Below are positions 27,801 through 38,500 of a stretch of DNA of 64,000 bases, in pieces. Source of the stretch: Ascidiella aspersa (lineage: Eukaryota). The stretch lies in NCBI GenBank assembly GCA_963924565.1, contig OZ004609.1, forward strand, positions 21,390,001 through 21,454,000, in the 5' to 3' direction. The number at the start of each line of letters is the position of its first letter. Position 1 is the stretch's first letter. The translations under genes and the position numbers were made by a program. The notes beneath the pieces were generated by a model. It did no database searches and was not told where the DNA came from. It saw only the letters and a program-made list of their open reading frames with translations.

Positions 27801-30800
27801 TACATACATGGCCAAAAACTGCAGGGCAGCGTGTGGATTTTGCGGCGTTACCACCACTACAACCGTGGTCCCCACTCAAGCAGCAGGGGCCGGAGGTAAC
27901 GACTTGAGTTTGTTTAAATCTAACTCTAAGTGGCAGAAACGTTTGTTCAGTTATACCAGTAAGAAAATCATATTCCGACAACTTCTGAAATATGTTAGTG
28001 TGCTGCCATCAAACTTTGCGTGATAAAACAAAGGAATTGTGTGCAAAAAATAATTTCAAAAATCCTTTTTAACATTTTTTAACCTAAAACTGAAACAGAG
28101 TATTTATGCTGTAAACTTTGATTCAGAAATATAGCCTACCCTTCAATCCTTCATGCTTTTAAAAATTATTCAAACACTATAAGTAAACAATTATCTGTCC
28201 TTAACATATGCGTGACTCAAAATTATTCACACTTTAAAACTATGCTATTCACAATTGTTAGGATTGTTATTCCTTAACATATGCGTGACTCAAAATTATT
28301 CACACTTTAAAACTATGCTATTCACAATTGTTAGGATTGTTATAATTTATTAAGGTATTCCTAATGGCGATGCATAAAAAGAGTTCTTATCGATTCATGG
28401 AAAAAAATTCTTGTTACGGTACCATGTAAAACTTGTTGTTTGTTCTCTCACAGCATCGTACACTGGAGGTTGCGGCAGGCCGGCTGTTTCCCTTCTCTAT
28501 CGCATTGTTGGAGGTAAGGCCATTAGTTATTTGCCTATATGCAGATGGTATTAAAATATATAGGCCTACACTTAAAAATTAACAACGTCATTGCTGTCCT
28601 ATCTACATCATTTGCCTATCATTTTAGGCAAAGAAGCGGAAATGAAATCGAGTCCTTGGTTGGCCAGTCTGCGTCAAGCTAACGGCCTGGATATCTGTGG
28701 AGCAAGTTTAATTTCAGACCAATACCTGATTACCGCTGCGCACTGTTTCGGCGGGTAAGATTGGCCCAGGAAATCAGTAAAACTTCTGATTCATATTTTT
28801 TTTTAATTAATTTACGTTCGTGAATGATCGTTGTTTACACGAGTTAATTTCCAGGAAGGAATAATAATATCAACACAATATTTGTTAGTTTTTATTACAG
28901 CGTTGAGACAATAGGGTAGCCTACTTTGTACTTTTGTAACTAAATCTTTTTTACCTTGGTAACTTTTAGGTATTTTTCATACCTATAACACTATTTTTTA
29001 TTACAGAACCTTTACCCCGAAAGCCGAAAATTACCACCTATACTTGGGAAAACATTATAGAAATAAAGCAACTACTGGACAGATCCGAGTCTATATTTCA
29101 TCGATCAAAGTCCATCCACAGTACAATCACTATACGAGCGAAAATGATATTGCTATCCTTAAGGTACGTAAAATACTTTAAGTCCATCGGCGGCGCACTG
29201 TTAATCACTTTTAGGTGTCCTTATATTATTCTTTGGTTGCCATTTATAAAAGTGAAAGGGTAAACTGAGACATAAGGTTATAAAAGTATCGTAATAAATC
29301 AACTTGACGACGTGTATTATTGCATAGAACCTGGTTTTACTATTATATATTTAATGGTAGTCAGCGTTTGAGAAACTTAAAACCCAACAAACGATGGTAT
29401 TATTCTTTTATTGGTAGTCTATAAGATTACTATTGCGCTTTAATAGGTCATGATTTGGTTGTGCGTTAATCGATTGTTTGCTCGTTCTTTTAGCTGACGA
29501 AACCTGTTGAGTTCAACGATTACGTTCGTCCGGTGTGCCTCCCGCAACCTTATTCTGAGCCCGTTACGGACACGCTAGGTCTAGTGACGGGATGGGGAGC
29601 CACAAAAAGTGGGTATTTTGCTTTCTCGACCTTTATAACTTACAACCGGATTGTTTAGTTTGCACGTTACTTAGCAGGCTTGTAGTTATCAACCTTCTCA
29701 TCCCGTGGACCCCTTTAACCGATATCATCAAGCTTAATTTCACACTAACAAAAACAGAGCCTGCAAGTAAACATATAATAACTCAAAACAAAAATAAGCA
29801 TAACCTCTTTCAAAGTGAAAAGCCGCTACTTTAGTACCAAATCATCAGTAATCCTAATCAATTTGCTGAAATACATTTTATTAAAACCAATTATGTTGTC
29901 GAAGTGAATAGCAAAAAACACTCATAGCGCACTGTGACGTAATAATATGTGAACTGTACCTTTAGTCTCCCTTGCAAAAATACCTGTACCCTGTTCATAA
30001 CTTGCTCCAATATGCAAATGCACGCGAATTTTGCCCCAACTAAAATGTGCTTTGTTTGGTTTAAATTGGTAATATTGTATAATGTATATAATTTAGTTAT
30101 AGGGTCTATATACCTTGGTGTTTTTAACATTAACTATAATACCGGTACCTATAAAAACCATAAGTAAAAAAGTATTTTCCGGTGGCATGGTTTCGGAACA
30201 TTTTTGGTTCATTAATTTATTCCAGGGGTTCTTAAACTTTTTTTACCGCGGACCCCCCAAATTTTTGTTTTTGTTTCGCGTGGCCACGTAGGCAAAAAAT
30301 AAAAAATGACGTCATAAATTTACGTCACACAATACAAATAGACTTCATAAATCTGCTGATTTCGGTCCAAACATGTGAAAGTGAAATGGAGTCTTAATAC
30401 ATTTAGTACAAAACCGTTTTATTTTTTATTAAACTGTTTTCTTTGATAAGTTTATTACTACTTAATTATACACTAATATTTCAAGTATGGCTTCATGGAC
30501 CCTCCAAAACTAGTTCACGGACCCCTAAGGGGTCCATGGACCCAGTTTAAGAATCCCTGATTTATTCGTTTACTGACTTCACCTATTGGGCCAAAATATC
30601 AGCCTGTTGCTCGTTAATTTGCACCAATATTACAACCAATAAGGGATAATTTTTTTTTTCAAATTTCCTCTTTAAACTTAAAAATTCCATCCTATTGGGG
30701 GAATTCACCCCTATGCTTTAAGCCAGTGCTTTTCAACCCGTGGGATGGTACGCACTTGTGCGGATCAAAAAATTTTTAATGCGGATGACTTACGTCGTGC

Positions 30801-31806
30801 GAATGAATGTGCGGATAAAAATGGTGCATGTTATTATTCTTTATTGTGTGTAAAACAGTAATCAAATAAGCTGGTGTGCCCACTTATGCGTACAGGTACA
30901 GTAAATATAGTCTCGTATAGTGGTTCATTGCACCTTAAGCTATCTATTTTATATCGGTCAAGGCTAAGCACACGGTTTTAATACACAAACCCTTTCATTG
31001 TTATTTCACCAATAAAACTAAAAGTTGCCAACTTACTGTGCATGTTCCGCGCGGATGGAAATTTTTCGAAATAAAAAAGTGCGGATGAAAATTTTAAAGG
31101 TTGAAAAGCACTGCTTTAAGCCATATATAGGTGATCAACGTAAAAATTATATTTTTACATTTGTCAATTTAGCTTCCAGCTCTAGCAGCGTCTTGCTACA
31201 AGTGGATGTCAAAATCATAAACAGGGAAGTTTGCAACCAATGGCTGGGACTACGTGATAACAAATATCAAGTTACGAACGATATGTTCTGCGCTGGGCAC
31301 GAAGCCGGCGCCAAAGATGCTTGCCAGGTATGTAAAGAACTTTATAAAGCGTAAATAACAATATTTAAAAAAAAAAGTGTTTGCCAACTTTAAGGAAATA
31401 AGGAATTGAGCATTGCGAGTATAGTTATTCGTAATAAAAACTAATCGATTAATCTACAATAGGGAGACAGTGGCGGTCCGCTAGTGCAGCAGTTCAACGG
31501 AGCCCACACCCTGGTTGGAGTCGTGTCATGGGGCGACGGATGTGCTGTCGCTAAGAAACCAGGTGTCTACACTAAGGTGAGTGCCGACCAAAGCTTCACA
31601 GAAACCAGTGTCAGTAAAAGCAGTGTATACTTGTATAGTCTTTATTTGTTTGGATACCGTGAATATCGTAAAACACTGATTTTCGCTTGAAAGGGCAAAC
31701 AAAATGTTTTCATAGTGGTTATCCAATGCTTAGCATAAACCTAACCAAACACGTTTGCACACAGGTTTCCGGCTTGGTCAACTGGATTAACCAAAACACA
31801 CCTTAA
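21813..31806 (+). CDS. Secreted multidomain protease: signal peptide, antistasin-like module, astacin (M12A), 4x ShK, trypsin-like (S1A) serine protease
   Basis: Exons approx. 21813-21867, 22139-22207, 22409-22552, 22807-22959, 23781-23938, 24282-24420, 24708-24849, 25059-25141, 25238-25334, 25577-25665, 25742-25847, 26125-26219, 26705-26759, 27276-27416, 27755-27895, 28454-28513, 28628-28754, 29007-29163, 29494-29608, 31173-31327, 31463-31576, 31765-31806 (22 segments as traced; the exact count needs cDNA), joined with compatible phases. Motifs: [19 protein letters not shown] signal, [21 protein letters not shown] Met-turn, four 6-Cys ShK units, R-IVGG, TAAHC, NDIAIL, DACQGDSGGP, then VNWINQNTP-stop; AATAAA at 32074. 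Confidence 0.9.
24012..24215 (+). mobile_element. Possible tRNA-derived SINE fragment in an astacin intron
   Basis: AGAGCGACGGTCCCGATATGGCCCGAGGTCGTGAGTTCGAACCTCA contains a Pol III B box (GTTCGAACC) in a T-arm-like stem; no full cloverleaf. Confidence 0.4.
28198..28343. repeat. Perfect 73-bp tandem duplication (2 copies), intronic
   Basis: TCCTTAACATATGCGTGACTC...GTTAGGATTGTTAT at 28198-28270 and 28271-28343. Confidence 0.95.
30223..30559. mobile_element. hAT-type MITE, same family as 36841-37221
   Basis: Termini CAGGGGTTCTTAAACT / AGTTTAAGAATCCCTG; perfect TSD ATTTATTC at 30215-30222 and 30560-30567. Confidence 0.9.
30724..31113. mobile_element. hAT-type MITE (390 bp)
   Basis: Termini CAGTGCTTTTCAACC / GGTTGAAAAGCACTG (perfect 15 bp); TSD CTTTAAGC at 30716-30723 and 31114-31121; repeated GCGGAT subterminal motifs. 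Confidence 0.92.
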
Positions 31807-32564
31807 AACAGAGGGTGCTAAAGAAAGGAGCCGGAACGTTAAGCTAATTATTTTTTTCTACATCAGCCTACTGTATTACTTGCTCTTTGTATTACGCGCA
31901 TTTTTATATATATTTATCTTTTAAAGCAGGTACATTCCGTTCATTCATTCCAAATGTTGTGTAAATATCGTTCGGCCAAACTCAATTTCCCACGTGCAAT
32001 AGTATCTATATTCTGTGGTATTCCGAATGTGCTCGTTGTGATAACATCGGCATTTTTTACTGATTATGAAAAGAATAAAAAATATATATTAAGTATGTGT
32101 GCACTTTTGTGCAAAGGCGTCTAAGTAACTCTAAACCCAAATTTCACTAGCAAAGGTTTATTGACCAAATAAACATCGACATAACAAGTAGAAAAGTAGA
32201 TTTGTCGGAACCGATGATAGTCCACACACACAAAGTGATTTCTATCTGCATAGGTTACCGGACTTATTTCAGGAAGGACGTTCTAAGTTCAATGCAGTTG
32301 TTGTCAGAATTTTACCGAGAAAATTAATTGATGGTGGATTTGCAAAAGCAGCAATTGTATATTAACAAAATTGCTCACGTCAGAAAACGCAAATAAATGC
32401 ATACCATGCTCACAAATCCCTTCAAGAAAACTTGACAGTGGTGAAATTAACGCAAGCACCAAAACGAAAGGGCACAACCAAATATTAAACTTTTCGACTT
32501 TTTCACCGGAACTTGTAGGTGTGATATCATAGTCATGGCGAAATGACAGACATGAGGAAGTTGT

Positions 32565-35500
32565 CTATCTCCTTGCACCTAAAAAAATGTGTCGCGTCAA
32601 TAGTCTGTCTAAGAAAACTACATAAAAAACCTACTATGCAAATGTGCCGAAAGAAGTGCGTCCATCGCCGCTTTGTCTCGGTCGAGATTGCTAGATCCCT
32701 TAAGCAAAATAATATTACTATATTTTTATATAGAACTGAGCGCTTTATTGTTGTTTTTCCTATCGCTTACACTTATTGCCGTAAATTGACGATACACAAA
32801 AGAAAACCAAATGATCTGTTTTGTGCATAGCTCAACAAACAGGAGTTTTTTCAATAATATTTATATAGTTTCGCCAACCGCTAACCACAACTTTTTTTTA
32901 GCTTGTCCTAAAAAATTTAGCTAGTAAAAATGTGCGATTCGCGTTAAAATTAGGAAAAATTAGGAGCGGGATCAAAAAAACAAAAACTTTCCGCGATATA
33001 CACAACAACACAAGGTAAATAAATTTCAACGACAAAAGCTCACCTTGGATCCAGTCCGATGGGGTAATTGATTGAACTGCAAAAACGAATCTGTTGGTAA
33101 GAAGTTTGGTACCGAAGTTGGGGGTGTTTTGGAAGGTAGGGGAGAGGTGGGTGAGGTTCTTAGAGCGGACCCCGTTGCGAAAGGGGACCCCGGAGGATGA
33201 AACGGAAACACAGGACCAGAGAAGGGCAAGGGACTGGCCTGGCTGCTGTAGCTAGCAGCAGAGCTGGTGTGCTTTGAAGAGTACGCTGGTCCGGTGGACG
33301 GCGAAGTCGTAGGACTCTTGTAAAAGTCGTTGGGCGAGTGGTGGGTATAGGCGCCCGGGTAGACGGGCCTAGATGGCGGTTTCGGTGCCGCAAAGGTCTG
33401 CTGGGGCTTCCCGCTCCCTTCTTTTTTGCACTTGCCAGATAAAGTGGAAATTGTGGCCGGCGGCGGTTTGGCGCATTCGCCGTAGCCACGCGCCGAGGAA
33501 CCGCCGTTGACAGCGGTCTGTTGCTGATGTTGATGCTGTTTATGATGCTGGGAGTTGTGTTGCGTGGCGTGCTTTATCGCTTTCACTTTGCCCGTGTTAG
33601 GAGGATCCCCGAAGTGTTGTCGGGAGGCGGGATGGTGCTTGGACGAGGATGGGGAGGAGGTTGATGGCGACGATGAGGAAGCTGTTTGTGGTGGATGCGA
33701 GGACTTTTGGTTGGAAGCTGAAGTCGTCGCGTGTTTAAACGTTTTCGACTGCTGCAGCGGAGTTGAAGTTTTGGCGAGTTTAGACGCGTACTTTTGCTGC
33801 TGGGCGAAGCTCGACGCTGGCAGAGTGTTCTGCATCGCCATCTGTTGCATGCTAATCAGGGCGGCTAACTCGTCCACGCTGGAAGACGAGGTGGACACGG
33901 GTTGTTGGGGATTCACGGGTAGCATGGACGGAAAATTCATGGAGGAAATGACGTTGAGCATTTGATTGTCGAGCGCTGCGCCGCCCGGCGCCCCAACCAT
34001 CATAGCTGCGTATTTTAGAAAATCGGACCCGTATGGATCCATAATGTGGTTAGGCTGCGGCGCTTTCCCGGTAGATTGTTTGCTTGATTTTTTCGAAGGC
34101 TTTGCATTGGACATGGAAGACGAAATCACGCTTGATGGTACCGCTTTAAACAGCGACGGATTGGCGTTTTTCGTCGTCGCAACGGACGATTTCGAAAGTT
34201 CTTGACTCGCCTTGGAGCCCATTTCACTCCACATCTTAATTGTGTTGTCGACGTCGTTGCTGCTGCCGTGCTTGGTGTGCTTTATTATCTCGCTTTTGAT
34301 GTGCTTCGATTCGGCGTGCTTCTGCTGCTGCGCCTTGGCGGAAGCGGTTTGATGGTGGTGCGAGTGTTGGCGATCGGCGCCATACTTTGCGCTGGTTCCG
34401 GCCGCCGAAATATTGGACACCACGCTTGCGACCGACGTGTTCGTTTCCTTTGCGGAGGTGGAGTTTGGCGGGGCGAGCTTTGTCGCATTCTGCTGTTGGC
34501 TGTGGCTCGCCTTTTTGCCGGCGGCGGCCTCCTTTTGCGCGCTCACGATGGTCTGGTGCAGGAGGTCGCTGTGTTTGGAGCCGAGCAAGTACTCGGCGTC
34601 GCAGCCCAGGTTCAGGCTGATCGAAAGGCCGCCGTCGGGCTTGCTGTGGTCCTTGAAGAGCTGCTTAGACGCTTTGCCAGTGACGGGCGAAACTATTTCG
34701 TGGTTGAAGGTGTTCTTGCCCGCTGATAATGATGAGGAAGTGGCGGCCGGAGGACTGCTAAAGCTTGTCGGCGGCGAAACACTGGCGGTGGCGCTTCGCT
34801 GCTTCTCGGCTTTGCCCAGGCCGACGGACTTTTTGCCGACGCTTAAAATTGTGGCTGAAAGAAAAACGGGGTGATACAAAAACAGATAGAATAGGCTCAG
34901 TGACGTAACCTATTTTACAAACATCACAACAGATAACAAAACACAAAAAAGCAAACCTCTGAAGAGAAGAATTAACAAAGCCTTTCGTGAAAAGCGTATA
35001 AAATTAGTGAGCCACAGGTGCATAACGTGTATTGATTTACTCGTAAAAAAAAAGATGATATTTTAATTTTCCGTTAGGCACAGTCATCACAATTGGAAAG
35101 TGTTTAGTATTTAAAAAAACAAATTAAACTAATCTTTTTAGGTAAAGCAAAACCAGCTTAAACAGATTTAAAACGACAGAATTATAGGGCGTTATGTTTA
35201 CAGAAAATTTCCAAAATTTTCTTTTTTTCGAAAACTTAAAGCGGTTTACGAAGCAAAGCGATGCCAATTTAGAATGATCATCATTTAACGGTTTGAACCC
35301 TGGACTGCTACAGAAGTTACACTCTTATAAAAAATTGAAATAAATGGTTAATAAATATCCTAAAAGAGATTTTATAAATTAACCAATTTCAGCTAAAAAA
35401 GAGTAGTATATCAATAAATGTCATCCAAGCTCACCTTTCTTGGTCTTGTTTCTAAAAAAACAAAAGTTATTTTAGATGGATAAAATAAATTCCAAACGCA

Positions 35501-38500
35501 ATATATTGATATAATATGTTAGACAGGCCGTAGTTCTTGCATTGTGCTTAAATAAGATATTTTGTAGATCAATTGAGCCGCTTAAAAATACGTAACAAGC
35601 TCTAAGCGAATGACATGCTCCCCCAATAAGATTTTTTTTTATTAGGATGACTTTGGGCAAGTGGTCCATTTCGATATATAATAAAAGTAGGTCGATGACG
35701 TTTTGACTTTCAAAAAAGTCGAGATATGTCGAAATTTTCACGTTAGGTCAAAATTTGTCAAACTTAAAGCGGCCGGCATAACTTAAGAATTGACAACGGC
35801 ATGTAAGTATTTCGTTATCGTTAAACGAAGGATATTTAAATAATCATTTTATAAAAACTGTAATGAGTTTTTAAGAATGTCGTTCAGTTTAATGATATGT
35901 AAAAAAAGAATGTACAGTGTACACACAACAAATTTCAACTGCATTTATTTTTTTAAGAGCAATTTATACGAGCCAGACAAAAATAACTACGCAAGCCTGG
36001 TTTACCGCCTGAGCTTTAACTCGAACGAATTTATTGAACAGTATTTGCTGTATTTTTTCGGACTAATTATAAGACATAATGACTTTATTTACTAGGTAAA
36101 ATGCCCCCTTGTAAGAGTCCAGAGGACTCATATTATGACCATTGCACAAGTAAACTAGATGGGAACGATTACAGCATAATCATAATAATATACGGAGTGC
36201 CTTCAAAAAGGCTATTAACGAAATCATGTTTCCAGCCCTGCTTTGCTTTTACTAAAATCTTGACAATAAGGAATAAGTCAAGTCATCTCGGCGGCCTTTC
36301 CAAAAGTTTCCGGTATTATAAACAAATAGATGCTGTTTATCACGAATTTCTTCCGCCCGCAGAAACAAAACATTCACTTACTGATTGTTGGCATAGTGCG
36401 AATTCTCGCGACTTTCTTTCAGTAGCATTCTGGCTTGCATCCAACCTTTCGGCCAAAGGTTCTTAACGTCGTTCTCGTAGAAATTCTGCGCAAAAAATGG
36501 ATCGAAACCAGGCTATTCAACAATGCACGTTACAATCGAGAGTATTACACCAATAAATGGTAACAGATCAATCACAAGATTTGACAAATTGGAACCATAG
36601 AAATGTAAATCTTCCTAAAAAAAATAGTACAATCTTACCTTCAAGTATTCTTCTAAGGTTTGACTCGTTCGTTTTGACTCAAACTGACCCAATTTTACTT
36701 TGGTGAGTTCGCGCAAATAGCCCCTGTAAATTTGGAAACTGTTTTTAAGTAGCGAAACTTTTACCAAAACGAAGTTTTGGCATGATTCAGCAAAACAACT
36801 CGAGAATAATATTTATTTTTAGAAATTTTTTTACTTAAAGCAGGGGTTCTTCAACTGGGGTCCATGGACCCCTTGGGGGGTCGTGAACTAGTTTTCGGGG
36901 GTCCATGAAGGCCTAAGTGAAATGTTAGTGTATATTTTTAAAAGTAGTATTCAATTATTTAAAAAAAGGTTAAATTAAAAATAAAACGTTTAATCACTGA
37001 ATGTATTTCGACTCCATTTAACTTCCACAATTTTTGGACCGAAGTCGGCAGATTTCTAAAGTTTATTTGTATTTTGACGTAAATTTATGACGACATCTCT
37101 GAAATTTTCTTGCCTATAGGGTCCACGCAAAGCAAAAAAATAAATTAGCGGTCCGCGGTAAAAAAAAGTTTTAGAAACAAAAAAGTTTAAGAAAAAAAGT
37201 TTTAAGAGTTCTTAACCCCTGACTCAAGGCAACTTGAAACATTCGCCTAGCAGCGACCTTAACTCGTCGTTCCACTTAAACTTTCTCCTGGGTGCGTAAG
37301 TCCGCTTCGTCTTCTCCTCTCCCTGGGACGCGGTGACGTTGCCGTCCTCATCTTCGTCGGTTGAGGCTGCGAGGATCTGACGGTCGTCCATTCTACGTAG
37401 CAATATATGATAGTACACTTGGTTGATTACCATAAACTTTAGCATTCAGGCAACAATCGCAAACAAGAAAACAGTCTTGGGAGAGCACACATGACGCTGG
37501 AGATAACGGGCTCTTCACTCCAACCACTGAGTTGCACAGGCTTAGTGGTAAAGTCAGTTGAGAATTTCAACTAGCACCGTTGCCAATCAACGACTGACAC
37601 TTTTCAGCTGAGCTATTTTTTAAAACAGCAATCAAAATTTATCACCGTGACAAACACAATTAAAAGCGACAAGACGAAAATTACATGGAAATATAGGCAT
37701 TCGAATGGTAGAAAATGGTTCTCCAATTTGTCCCGCGTATCACAGAACATACGAGAAGCCCGTTCAGGCTTATACTTTTTCAAAAACTTATTCTGCTACA
37801 CAGAGACACTTTTGAAAGTTATCTAGTTGTGTTAAAAGTACGATTTCGTAAAAAGGGAGTTAAACGAGCGCTTGTGTGGTCTTAAAAGCTGTTTTTCGGT
37901 CAACTTAACGATTTTTATGCAAAGCGTGCACCGCATAAAAATGCACTTCTACTATCTACAATAGTATTTTCTGTTTTACAAACAAGCGTTCCACAGAGTA
38001 ACAGACAGAGGAGTCATACTTTGCCATTTGTTGCGCCACACAATCGTCGTTATATTGCTTAATTTGATCTTCCATCACAGCATCAATTGCCTTCTTCAAG
38101 CGTTCCATTGGTTCTTTTATGTTTTCATCCTGTTTTAAGTGTTCAGTTGAAATTTCGAACAGGAACGATTTACAGTTACGGGTTTCAGGCCTATACTATA
38201 TGGAATTAAGGGTTAGAAAAGCGGGATAATTTGCTGCAGCTCTTGTAGTATTTTTGTTACAGTTACAAGTGTTACAACAACCAATTTGCTTAAACAAAAT
38301 ATCAAAAAATGACCAAATCAACATAAAAAAATTGCATGAATTTATAAACTGCATGATGATTTAAATACGCTCCGACTTATTTAAGTCTATGAACGAATAA
38401 AACCTTAAATGTAAGAAATTAAAAGCAATCTGTAGCAAGTTGATACCTGTTTTGAGGAGTGAAGTTTCTTCATTCGTTTAATGAGCGTGTCTTTGGAGCA

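Noticed and set aside
33160-34874. Several long overlapping ORFs on both strands
   Set aside because: Shadow frames of the GC-rich low-complexity ubinuclein exon; no domain-like content.
37490-37545. Minus-strand tRNA-like A box (GCAACTCAGTGGTTGGAG)
   Set aside because: No intact B box or cloverleaf.
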